From NCBI GenBank assembly GCA_043228905.1, contig JBHGNT010000049.1, positions 119,105-183,104 of the forward strand: a stretch of 64,000 bases of DNA. The letters are read 5' to 3'. Each line of letters starts with the position of its first letter. Position 1 is the stretch's first letter. The notes beneath the pieces were generated by a model that saw only the letters and a program-made list of their open reading frames with translations, made no database searches and was not told the origin of the DNA. Both the position numbers and the translations under genes were made by a program. This document shows positions 52,072-64,000 of this stretch, piece after piece. The DNA comes from Azolla caroliniana (lineage: Eukaryota > Plantae > Polypodiophyta).

Positions 52072-52143
52072 TATCAGAGCGAGGTTTCGATCCTCGGACC
52101 TGTGGGTTATGGGCCCACCACGCTTCCGCTGCGCCACTCTGAT
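52072..52143 (-). tRNA. tRNA-iMet: Initiator tRNA-Met (CAT), copy 2
   Basis: Identical to copy 1. Confidence 0.97.
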
Positions 52144-53612
52144 GCGGATGACTTGAAAGCCAAAGAGAGATAAAGAATTCAAAGAGAACGACGCGAGAGC
52201 TCTTCCTTATTTCTCCATGTTAATCTACTCGAGAAGCCATGGAAACGTTGTAAACAAGGTCGAGGTTAGCAAATGGAGCGTGAACAACCCGAGCATGAGC
52301 ACGGCGGGTGGCCCAGTTAAGTAGTATGGATGTTCCTACCTACTCGGCGCACGTCAATGTGTCTGCCTCGTTCGTTCTTGCTACGGACTTGGAGCGGGAG
52401 AACACCCTCTTGTGGGCAACGCGAGAGAGAGGGCGACCTGATTATTCTTGAGCATGGCGACATACCATATTAGCTCGCTAGGAAACCGTCTTCCTCACCT
52501 TGGCGCGTCGAGGCCTTTGTGTCACCCGTTGGACTCGGGTCGCCGCTTGTATGGTTGCACCAAACTGGGAAGATGATCGACGGTAGTTTCACACCAGTTT
52601 CCGTTCCCTTCCGGGAACCCTCAAACGCTACACGGTACGTGCCACAAACCTCGGGAAGCGACCCCCCCTCGAAACTAGGTCATACGGCCTCCAGCCCGAT
52701 GACGTGCGGACGTGGAAGGTTTGTCGACTAGCAAACAACCCGAGCCTTGCAGCATTCCGAGAACGTTGTCATTCGTTACAGCGAGGACCTTCTTGTTTCT
52801 TCTCCGTTGACGTTGCATTGGAAAGGAAAGGAGAACAAGAGAACGCATTTCAACCGTTTTGTTTTGATCAGGGGTTGTTGGTGCGCGTCATTTGGCTCAC
52901 GCTAAATCTCAAAGGTTGCAGCTAGAGTTTTGACGATGTTAAAAGGTGGTTACGTATCCCACCGATCTATGGCTTTGTTCGGTAAAACCTGCAAGGCGAG
53001 ACGATGTTGCCAGGATGTTTGGCCGGGAAGACGAGTCCGCAACCTTGGATGGATTGGTAGATGGAGGGTAAATTGCACCCACATTGTCAATGGTAAGTTC
53101 TAACGTGTTGCATTGAACGTCGTGCCGTAATGACTCCCGTTGAAAGCAAAAGAAAGACGTGAAAGAGAGCATCAAGCCTGATGCGCGGTTGCGGGGAATG
53201 TTGCAGCGTGGTTGGAATTCTCAATTGCGGTTTCCGTCCAAGGTGCTCATACGTACAACCGTAATGCGTGGTCTTCCTCTGCGTTATTCCAGGTGACACG
53301 AGTCTCGAGTAAGCGTCGGCCATTCCCAAGAACTTGAACCGCAGATTTGACCAGTAAGCGAGCAGATACCTATTACATCCGACTTTGACGTGATCGCCAA
53401 ATGTATTCGGAAGCCCCAAGTAAGGCACCGTCATGGCAGTTACTTCGCAGGCTCATTCCTCTTAACCTTCCACACGTGCGCGGTTAGCAATCCCTAAAGA
53501 ACTCCTCGAACGAAGCTCGGGCGGTAACGTCTTGAATAAGGACCCACGCAAGGAGGCGAGGGGGACAAGATCGTAGCGGTGGTTTTGACGTACAACTAAT
53601 TCAACCGCGCGG

Positions 53613-53684
53613 TATCAGAGCGAGGTTTCGATCCTCGGACCTGTGGGTTATGGGCCCACCACGCTTCCGCTGCGCCACTCTGAT
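53613..53684 (-). tRNA. tRNA-iMet: Initiator tRNA-Met (CAT), copy 3
   Basis: Identical to copy 1. Confidence 0.97.
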
Positions 53685-55153
53685 GCGGATGACTTGAAAG
53701 CCAAAGAGAGATAAAGAATTCAAAGAGAACGACGCGAGAGCTCTTCCTTATTTCTCCATGTTAATCTACTCGAGAAGCCATGGAAACGTTGTAAACAAGG
53801 TCGAGGTTAGCAAATGGAGCGTGAACAACCCGAGCATGAGCACGGCGGGTGGCCCAGTTAAGTAGTATGGATGTTCCTACCTACTCGGCGCACGTCAATG
53901 TGTCTGCCTCGTTCGTTCTTGCTACGGACTTGGAGCGGGAGAACACCCTCTTGTGGGCAACGCGAGAGAGAGGGCGACCTGATTATTCTTGAGCATGGCG
54001 ACATACCATATTAGCTCGCTAGGAAACCGTCTTCCTCACCTTGGCGCGTCGAGGCCTTGGTGTCACCCGTTGGACTCGGGTCGCCGCTTGTATGGTTGCA
54101 CCAAACTGGGAAGATGATCGACGGTAGTTTCACACCAGTTTCCGTTCCCTTCCGGGAACCCTCAAACGCTACACGGTACGTGCCACAAACCTCGGGAAGC
54201 GACCCCCCCTCGAAACTAGGTCATACGGCCTCCAGCCCGATGACGTGCGGACGTGGAAGGTTTGTCGACTAGCAAACAACCCGAGCCTTGCAGCATTCCG
54301 AGAACGTTGTCATTCGTTACAGCGAGGACCTTCTTGTTTCTTCTCCGTTGACGTTGCATTGGAAAGGAAAGGAGAACAAGAGAACGCATTTCAACCGTTT
54401 TGTTTTGATCAGGGGTTGTTGGTGCGCGTCATTTGGCTCACGCTAAATCTCAAAGGCTGCAGCTAGAGTTTTGACGATGTTAAAAGGTGGTTACGTATCC
54501 CACCGATCTATGGCTTTGTTCGGTAAAACCTGCAAGGCGAGACGATGTTGCCAGGATGTTTGGCCGGGAAGACGAGTCCGCAACCTTGGATGGATTGGTA
54601 GATGGAGGGTAAATTGCACCCACATTGTCAATGGTAAGTTCTAACGTGTTGCATTGAACGTCGTGCCGTAATGACTCCCGTTGAAAGCAAAAGAAAGACG
54701 TGAAAGAGAGCATCAAGCCTGATGCGCGGTTGCGGGGAATGTTGCAGCGTGGTTGGAATTCTCAATTGCGGTTTCCGTCCAAGGTGCTCATACGTACAAC
54801 CGTAATGCGTGGTCTTCCTCTGCGTTATTCCAGGTGACACGAGTCTCGAGTAAGCGTCGGCCATTCCCAAGAACTTGAACCGCAGATTTGACCAGTAAGC
54901 GAGCAGATACCTATTACATCCGACTTTGACGTGATCGCCAAATGTATTCGGAAGCCCCAAGTAAGGCACCGTCATGGCAGTTACTTCGCAGGCTCATTCC
55001 TCTTAACCTTCCACACGTGCGCGGTTAGCAATCCCTAAAGAACTCCTCGAACGAAGCTCGGGCGGTAACGTCTTGAATAAGGACCCACGCAAGGAGGCGA
55101 GGGGGACAAGATCGTAGCGGTGGTTTTGACGTACAACTAATTCAACCGCGCGG

Positions 55154-55225
55154 TATCAGAGCGAGGTTTCGATCCTCGGACCTGTGGGTTATGGGCCCAC
55201 CACGCTTCCGCTGCGCCACTCTGAT
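55154..55225 (-). tRNA. tRNA-iMet: Initiator tRNA-Met (CAT), copy 4
   Basis: Identical to copy 1. Confidence 0.97.
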
Positions 55226-56694
55226 GCGGATGACTTGAAAGCCAAAGAGAGATAAAGAATTCAAAGAGAACGACGCGAGAGCTCTTCCTTATTTCTCCAT
55301 GTTAATCTACTCGAGAAGCCATGGAAACGTTGTAAACAAGGTCGAGGTTAGCAAATGGAGCGTGAACAACCCGAGCATGAGCACGGCGGGTGGCCCAGTT
55401 AAGTAGTATGGATGTTCCTACCTACTCGGCGCACGTCAATGTGTCTGCCTCGTTCGTTCTTGCTACGGACTTGGAGCGGGAGAACACCCTCTTGTGGGCA
55501 ACGCGAGAGAGAGGGCGACCTGATTATTCTTGAGCATGGCGACATACCATATTAGCTCGCTAGGAAACCGTCTTCCTCACCTTGGCGCGTCGAGGCCTTT
55601 GTGTCACCCGTTGGACTCGGGTCGCCGCTTGTATGGTTGCACCAAACTGGGAAGATGATCGACGGTAGTTTCACACCAGTTTCCGTTCCCTTCCGGGAAC
55701 CCTCAAACGCTACACGGTACGTGCCACAAACCTCGGGAAGCGACCCCCCCTCGAAACTAGGTCATACGGCCTCCAGCCCGATGACGTGCGGACGTGGAAG
55801 GTTTGTCGACTAGCAAACAACCCGAGCCTTGCAGCATTCCGAGAACGTTGTCATTCGTTACAGCGAGGACCTTCTTGTTTCTTCTCCGTTGACGTTGCAT
55901 TGGAAAGGAAAGGAGAACAAGAGAACGCATTTCAACCGTTTTGTTTTGATCAGGGGTTGTTGGTGCGCGTCATTTGGCTCACGCTAAATCTCAAAGGCTG
56001 CAGCTAGAGTTTTGACGATGTTAAAAGGTGGTTACGTATCCCACCGATCTATGGCTTTGTTCGGTAAAACCTGCAAGGCGAGACGATGTTGCCAGGATGT
56101 TTGGCCGGGAAGACGAGTCCGCAACCTTGGATGGATTGGTAGATGGAGGGTAAATTGCACCCACATTGTCAATGGTAAGTTCTAACGTGTTGCATTGAAC
56201 GTCGTGCCGTAATGACTCCCGTTGAAAGCAAAAGAAAGACGTGAAAGAGAGCATCAAGCCTGATGCGCGGTTGCGGGGAATGTTGCAGCGTGGTTGGAAT
56301 TCTCAATTGCGGTTTCCGTCCAAGGTGCTCATACGTACAACCGTAATGCGTGGTCTTCCTCTGCGTTATTCCAGGTGACACGAGTCTCGAGTAAGCGTCG
56401 GCCATTCCCAAGAACTTGAACCGCAGATTTGACCAGTAAGCGAGCAGATACCTATTACATCCGACTTTGACGTGATCGCCAAATGTATTCGGAAGCCCCA
56501 AGTAAGGCACCGTCATGGCAGTTACTTCGCAGGCTCATTCCTCTTAACCTTCCACACGTGCGCGGTTAGCAATCCCTAAAGAACTCCTCGAACGAAGCTC
56601 GGGCGGTAACGTCTTGAATAAGGACCCACGCAAGGAGGCGAGGGGGACAAGATCGTAGCGGTGGTTTTGACGTACAACTAATTCAACCGCGCGG

Positions 56695-56766
56695 TATCAG
56701 AGCGAGGTTTCGATCCTCGGACCTGTGGGTTATGGGCCCACCACGCTTCCGCTGCGCCACTCTGAT
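56695..56766 (-). tRNA. tRNA-iMet: Initiator tRNA-Met (CAT), copy 5
   Basis: Identical to copy 1. Confidence 0.97.
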
Positions 56767-58235
56767 GCGGATGACTTGAAAGCCAAAGAGAGATAAAGAA
56801 TTCAAAGAGAACGACGCGAGAGCTCTTCCTTATTTCTCCATGTTAATCTACTCGAGAAGCCATGGAAACGTTGTAAACAAGGTCGAGGTTAGCAAATGGA
56901 GCGTGAACAACCCGAGCATGAGCACGGCGGGTGGCCCAGTTAAGTAGTATGGATGTTCCTACCTACTCGGCGCACGTCAATGTGTCTGCCTCGTTCGTTC
57001 TTGCTACGGACTTGGAGCGGGAGAACACCCTCTTGTGGGCAACGCGAGAGAGAGGGCGACCTGATTATTCTTGAGCATGGCGACATACCATATTAGCTCG
57101 CTAGGAAACCGTCTTCCTCACCTTGGCGCGTCGAGGCCTTTGTGTCACCCGTTGGACTCGGGTCGCCGCTTGTATGGTTGCACCAAACTGGGAAGATGAT
57201 CGACGGTAGTTTCACACCAGTTTCCGTTCCCTTCCGGGAACCCTCAAACGCTACACGGTACGTGCCACAAACCTCGGGAAGCGACCCCCCCTCGAAACTA
57301 GGTCATACGGCCTCCAGCCCGATGACGTGCGGACGTGGAAGGTTTGTCGACTAGCAAACAACCCGAGCCTTGCAGCATTCCGAGAACGTTGTCATTCGTT
57401 ACAGCGAGGACCTTCTTGTTTCTTCTCCGTTGACGTTGCATTGGAAAGGAAAGGAGAACAAGAGAACGCATTTCAACCGTTTTGTTTTGATCAGGGGTTG
57501 TTGGTGCGCGTCATTTGGCTCACGCTAAATCTCAAAGGCTGCAGCTAGAGTTTTGACGATGTTAAAAGGTGGTTACGTATCCCACCGATCTATGGCTTTG
57601 TTCGGTAAAACCTGCAAGGCGAGACGATGTTGCCAGGATGTTTGGCCGGGAAGACGAGTCCGCAACCTTGGATGGATTGGTAGATGGAGGGTAAATTGCA
57701 CCCACATTGTCAATGGTAAGTTCTAACGTGTTGCATTGAACGTCGTGCCGTAATGACTCCCGTTGAAAGCAAAAGAAAGACGTGAAAGAGAGCATCAAGC
57801 CTGATGCGCGGTTGCGGGGAATGTTGCAGCGTGGTTGGAATTCTCAATTGCGGTTTCCGTCCAAGGTGCTCATACGTACAACCGTAATGCGTGGTCTTCC
57901 TCTGCGTTATTCCAGGTGACACGAGTCTCGAGTAAGCGTCGGCCATTCCCAAGAACTTGAACCGCAGATTTGACCAGAATCCCAACAGATACCTATTATA
58001 TCCGACTTTGACGTGATCGCCAAATGTATTCGGAAGCCCCAAGTAAGGCACCGTCATGGCAGTTACTTCGCAGGCTCATTCCTCTTAACCTTCCACACGT
58101 GCGCGGTTAGCAATCCCTAAAGAACTCCTCGAACGAAGCTCGGGCGGTAACGTCTTGAATAAGGACCCACGCAAGGAGGCGAGGGGGACAAGATCGTAGC
58201 GGTGGTTTTGACGTACAACTAATTCAACCGCGCGG

Positions 58236-58307
58236 TATCAGAGCGAGGTTTCGATCCTCGGACCTGTGGGTTATGGGCCCACCACGCTTCCGCTGCGCCA
58301 CTCTGAT
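58236..58307 (-). tRNA. tRNA-iMet: Initiator tRNA-Met (CAT), copy 6
   Basis: Identical to copy 1. Confidence 0.97.
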
Positions 58308-59776
58308 GCGGATGACTTGAAAGCCAAAGAGAGATAAAGAATTCAAAGAGAACGACGCGAGAGCTCTTCCTTATTTCTCCATGTTAATCTACTCGAGAAG
58401 CCATGGAAACGTTGTAAACAAGGTCGAGGTTAGCAAATGGAGCGTGAACAACCCGAGCATGAGCACGGCGGGTGGCCCAGTTAAGTAGTATGGATGTTCC
58501 TACCTACTCGGCGCACGTCAATGTGTCTGCCTCGTTCGTTCTTGCTACGGACTTGGAGCGGGAGAACACCCTCTTGTGGGCAACGCGAGAGAGAGGGCGA
58601 CCTGATTATTCTTGAGCATGGCGACATACCATATTAGCTCGCTAGGAAACCGTCTTCCTCACCTTGGCGCGTCGAGGCCTTTGTGTCACCCGTTGGACTC
58701 GGGTCGCCGCTTGTATGGTTGCACCAAACTGGGAAGATGATCGACGGTAGTTTCACACCAGTTTCCGTTCCCTTCCGGGAACCCTCAAACGCTACACGGT
58801 ACGTGCCACAAACCTCGGGAAGCGACCCCCCCTCGAAACTAGGTCATACGGCCTCCAGCCCGATGACGTGCGGACGTGGAAGGTTTGTCGACTAGCAAAC
58901 AACCCGAGCCTTGCAGCATTCCGAGAACGTTGTCATTCGTTACAGCGAGGACCTTCTTGTTTCTTCTCCGTTGACGTTGCATTGGAAAGGAAAGGAGAAC
59001 AAGAGAACGCATTTCAACCGTTTTGTTTTGATCAGGGGTTGTTGGTGCGCGTCATTTGGCTCACGCTAAATCTCAAAGGCTGCAGCTAGAGTTTTGACGA
59101 TGTTAAAAGGTGGTTACGTATCCCACCGATCTATGGCTTTGTTCGGTAAAACCTGCAAGGCGAGACGATGTTGCCAGGATGTTTGGCCGGGAAGACGAGT
59201 CCGCAACCTTGGATGGATTGGTAGATGGAGGGTAAATTGCACCCACATTGTCAATGGTAAGTTCTAACGTGTTGCATTGAACGTCGTGCCGTAATGACTC
59301 CCGTTGAAAGCAAAAGAAAGACGTGAAAGAGAGCATCAAGCCTGATGCGCGGTTGCGGGGAATGTTGCAGCGTGGTTGGAATTCTCAATTGCGGTTTCCG
59401 TCCAAGGTGCTCATACGTACAACCGTAATGCGTGGTCTTCCTCTGCGTTATTCCAGGTGACACGAGTCTCGAGTAAGCGTCGGCCATTCCCAAGAACTTG
59501 AACCGCAGATTTGACCAGTAAGCGAGCAGATACCTATTACATCCGACTTTGACGTGATCGCCAAATGTATTCGGAAGCCCCAAGTAAGGCACCGTCATGG
59601 CAGTTACTTCGCAGGCTCATTCCTCTTAACCTTCCACACGTGCGCGGTTAGCAATCCCTAAAGAACTCCTCGAACGAAGCTCGGGCGGTAACGTCTTGAA
59701 TAAGGACCCACGCAAGGAGGCGAGGGGGACAAGATCGTAGCGGTGGTTTTGACGTACAACTAATTCAACCGCGCGG

Positions 59777-59848
59777 TATCAGAGCGAGGTTTCGATCCTC
59801 GGACCTGTGGGTTATGGGCCCACCACGCTTCCGCTGCGCCACTCTGAT
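59777..59848 (-). tRNA. tRNA-iMet: Initiator tRNA-Met (CAT), copy 7
   Basis: Identical to copy 1. Confidence 0.97.
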
Positions 59849-61316
59849 GCGGATGACTTGAAAGCCAAAGAGAGATAAAGAATTCAAAGAGAACGACGCG
59901 AGAGCTCTTCCTTATTTCTCCATGTTAATCTACTCGAGAAGCCATGGAAACGTTGTAAACAAGGTCGAGGTTAGCAAATGGAGCGTGAACAACCCGAGCA
60001 TGAGCACGGCGGGTGGCCCAGTTAAGTAGTATGGATGTTCCTACCTACTCGGCGCACGTCAATGTGTCTGCCTCGTTCGTTCTTGCTACGGACTTGGAGC
60101 GGGAGAACACCCTCTTGTGTGCAACGCGAGAGAGAGGGCGACCTGATTATTCTTGAGCATGGCGACATACCATATTAGCTCGCTAGGAAACCGTCTTCCT
60201 CACCTTGGCGCGTCGAGGCCTTGTGTCACCCGTTGGACTCGGGTCGCCGCTTGTATGGTTGCACCAAACTGGGAAGATGATCGACGGTAGTTTCACACCA
60301 GTTTCCGTTCCCTTCCGGGAACCCTCAAACGCTACACGGTACGTGCCACAAACCTCGGGAAGCGACCCCCCCTCGAAACTAGGTCATACGGCCTCCAGCC
60401 CGATGACGTGCGGACGTGGAAGGTTTGTCGACTAGCAAACAACCCGAGCCTTGCAGCATTCCGAGAACGTTGTCATTCGTTACAGCGAGGACCTTCTTGT
60501 TTCTTCTCCGTTGACGTTGCATTGGAAAGGAAAGGAGAACAAGAGAACGCATTTCAACCGTTTTGTTTTGATCAGGGGTTGTTGGTGCGCGTCATTTGGC
60601 TCACGCTAAATCTCAAAGGCTGCAGCTAGAGTTTTGACGATGTTAAAAGGTGGTTACGTATCCCACCGATCTATGGCTTTGTTCGGTAAAACCTGCAAGG
60701 CGAGACGATGTTGCCAGGATGTTTGGCCGGGAAGACGAGTCCGCAACCTTGGATGGATTGGTAGATGGAGGGTAAATTGCACCCACATTGTCAATGGTAA
60801 GTTCTAACGTGTTGCATTGAACGTCGTGCCGTAATGACTCCCGTTGAAAGCAAAAGAAAGACGTGAAAGAGAGCATCAAGCCTGATGCGCGGTTGCGGGG
60901 AATGTTGCAGCGTGGTTGGAATTCTCAATTGCGGTTTCCGTCCAAGGTGCTCATACGTACAACCGTAATGCGTGGTCTTCCTCTGCGTTATTCCAGGTGA
61001 CACGAGTCTCGAGTAAGCGTCGGCCATTCCCAAGAACTTGAACCGCAGATTTGACCAGTAAGCGAGCAGATACCTATTACATCCGACTTTGACGTGATCG
61101 CCAAATGTATTCGGAAGCCCCAAGTAAGGCACCGTCATGGCAGTTACTTCGCAGGCTCATTCCTCTTAACCTTCCACACGTGCGCGGTTAGCAATCCCTA
61201 AAGAACTCCTCGAACGAAGCTCGGGCGGTAACGTCTTGAATAAGGACCCACGCAAGGAGGCGAGGGGGACAAGATCGTAGCGGTGGTTTTGACGTACAAC
61301 TAATTCAACCGCGCGG

Positions 61317-61388
61317 TATCAGAGCGAGGTTTCGATCCTCGGACCTGTGGGTTATGGGCCCACCACGCTTCCGCTGCGCCACTCTGAT
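61317..61388 (-). tRNA. tRNA-iMet: Initiator tRNA-Met (CAT), copy 8
   Basis: Identical to copy 1. Confidence 0.97.
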
Positions 61389-62857
61389 GCGGATGACTTG
61401 AAAGCCAAAGAGAGATAAAGAATTCAAAGAGAACGACGCGAGAGCTCTTCCTTATTTCTCCATGTTAATCTACTCGAGAAGCCATGGAAACGTTGTAAAC
61501 AAGGTCGAGGTTAGCAAATGGAGCGTGAACAACCCGAGCATGAGCACGGCGGGTGGCCCAGTTAAGTAGTATGGATGTTCCTACCTACTCGGCGCACGTC
61601 AATGTGTCTGCCTCGTTCGTTCTTGCTACGGACTTGGAGCGGGAGAACACCCTCTTGTGGGCAACGCGAGAGAGAGGGCGACCTGATTATTCTTGAGCAT
61701 GGCGACATACCATATTAGCTCGCTAGGAAACCGTCTTCCTCACCTTGGCGCGTCGAGGCCTTTGTGTCACCCGTTGGACTCGGGTCGCCGCTTGTATGGT
61801 TGCACCAAACTGGGAAGATGATCGACGGTAGTTTCACACCAGTTTCCGTTCCCTTCCGGGAACCCTCAAACGCTACACGGTACGTGCCACAAACCTCGGG
61901 AAGCGACCCCCCCTCGAAACTAGGTCATACGGCCTCCAGCCCGATGACGTGCGGACGTGGAAGGTTTGTCGACTAGCAAACAACCCGAGCCTTGCAGCAT
62001 TCCGAGAACGTTGTCATTCGTTACAGCGAGGACCTTCTTGTTTCTTCTCCGTTGACGTTGCATTGGAAAGGAAAGGAGAACAAGAGAACGCATTTCAACC
62101 GTTTTGTTTTGATCAGGGGTTGTTGGTGCGCGTCATTTGGCTCACGCTAAATCTCAAAGGCTGCAGCTAGAGTTTTGACGATGTTAAAAGGTGGTTACGT
62201 ATCCCACCGATCTATGGCTTTGTTCGGTAAAACCTGCAAGGCGAGACGATGTTGCCAGGATGTTTGGCCGGGAAGACGAGTCCGCAACCTTGGATGGATT
62301 GGTAGATGGAGGGTAAATTGCACCAACATTGTCAATGGTAAGTTCTAACGTGTTGCATTGAACGTCGTGCCGTAATGACTCCCGTTGAAAGCAAAAGAAA
62401 GACGTGAAAGAGAGCATCAAGCCTGATGCGCGGTTGCGGGGAATGTTGCAGCGTGGTTGGAATTCTCAATTGCGGTTTCCGTCCAAGGTGCTCATACGTA
62501 CAACCGTAATGCGTGGTCTTCCTCTGCGTTATTCCAGGTGACACGAGTCTCGAGTAAGCGTCGGCCATTCCCAAGAACTTGAACCGCAGATTTGACCAGT
62601 AAGCGAGCAGATACCTATTACATCCGACTTTGACGTGATCGCCAAATGTATTCGGAAGCCCCAAGTAAGGCACCGTCATGGCAGTTACTTCGCAGGCTCA
62701 TTCCTCTTAACCTTCCACACGTGCGCGGTTAGCAATCCCTAAAGAACTCCTCGAACGAAGCTCGGGCGGTAACGTCTTGAATAAGGACCCACGCAAGGAG
62801 GCGAGGGGGACAAGATCGTAGCGGTGGTTTTGACGTACAACTAATTCAACCGCGCGG

Positions 62858-62929
62858 TATCAGAGCGAGGTTTCGATCCTCGGACCTGTGGGTTATGGGC
62901 CCACCACGCTTCCGCTGCGCCACTCTGAT
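62858..62929 (-). tRNA. tRNA-iMet: Initiator tRNA-Met (CAT), copy 9
   Basis: Identical to copy 1. Confidence 0.97.
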
Positions 62930-64000
62930 GCGGATGACTTGAAAGCCAAAGAGAGATAAAGAATTCAAAGAGAACGACGCGAGAGCTCTTCCTTATTTCT
63001 CCATGTTAATCTACTCGAGAAGCCATGGAAACGTTGTAAACAAGGTCGAGGTTAGCAAATGGAGCGTGAACAACCCGAGCATGAGCACGGCGGGTGGCCC
63101 AGTTAAGTAGTATGGATGTTCCTACCTACTCGGCGCACGTCAATGTGTCTGCCTCGTTCGTTCTTGCTACGGACTTGGAGCGGGAGAACACCCTCTTGTG
63201 GGCAACGCGAGAGAGAGGGCGACCTGATTATTCTTGAGCATGGCGACATACCATATTAGCTCGCTAGGAAACCGTCTTCCTCACCTTGGCGCGTCGAGGC
63301 CTTTGTGTCACCCGTTGGACTCGGGTCGCCGCTTGTATGGTTGCACCAAACTGGGAAGATGATCGACGGTAGTTTCACACCAGTTTCCGTTCCCTTCCGG
63401 GAACCCTCAAACGCTACACGGTACGTGCCACAAACCTCGGGAAGCGACCCCCCCTCGAAACTAGGTCATACGGCCTCCAGCCCGATGACGTGCGGACGTG
63501 GAAGGTTTGTCGACTAGCAAACAACCCGAGCCTTGCAGCATTCCGAGAACGTTGTCATTCGTTACAGCGAGGACCTTCTTGTTTCTTCTCCGTTGACGTT
63601 GCATTGGAAAGGAAAGGAGAACAAGAGAACGCATTTCAACCGTTTTGTTTTGATCAGGGGTTGTTGGTGCGCGTCATTTGGCTCACGCTAAATCTCAAAG
63701 GCTGCAGCTAGAGTTTTGACGATGTTAAAAGGTGGTTACGTATCCCACCGATCTATGGCTTTGTTCGGTAAAACCTGCAAGGCGAGACGATGTTGCCAGG
63801 ATGTTTGGCCGGGAAGACGAGTCCGCAACCTTGGATGGATTGGTAGATGGAGGGTAAATTGCACCCACATTGTCAATGGTAAGTTCTAACGTGTTGCATT
63901 GAACGTCGTGCCGTAATGACTCCCGTTGAAAGCAAAAGAAAGACGTGAAAGAGAGCATCAAGCCTGATGCGCGGTTGCGGGGAATGTTGCAGCGTGGTTG

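Larger units (their letters stand above)
49375..64000. repeat. Head-to-tail tandem array of a 1540/1541-bp unit containing a tRNA-iMet gene (9 full copies plus a partial, runs off the window)
   Basis: Unit starts (TGGCGACATACC) at 49375, 50915, 52455, 53996, 55537, 57078, 58619, 60160, 61700 and 63241; only a handful of differences between copies. Confidence 0.99.

Noticed and set aside
49420-63961. Recurring 70-115 aa ORFs in each array unit
   Set aside because: They overlap on both strands, mostly start at non-ATG codons, show no recognisable domain, and one is affected by a 1-bp indel polymorphism; they recur only because the DNA repeats.

Overview
AT-rich, intron-containing land-plant nuclear DNA (lineage cannot be fixed from sequence alone). 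The first ~49 kb hold five host genes: an intronless PRL1-interacting-factor-A-like gene, an RD19-type papain-like cysteine protease, an intronless calmodulin-like gene, a PYR/PYL/RCAR ABA receptor and ribosomal protein eL28. Between them lie nested retroelements: three Ty1/copia elements, one internally deleted chromodomain-type Ty3/gypsy, three solo LTRs (one carrying a 105-bp higher-order tandem array) and decayed LINEs. From 49375 to the window end is a near-perfect head-to-tail array of a GC-rich 1540/1541-bp unit (9 full copies plus a partial). Each full unit carries one minus-strand initiator tRNA-Met(CAT) gene. This tRNA has a compensatory G50:C64 T-stem variant and no proximal Pol III terminator: the first T4 is ~460 nt downstream, after a trailer with complementary ends and a terminal hairpin, suggesting a tRNA-ncRNA dicistronic or tRNA-headed RNA unit. 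Two Copia primer-binding sites in the window match this variant tRNA better than the usual plant one. Separately, the 9.6-11 kb protein shows a HEXIM-like motif order.
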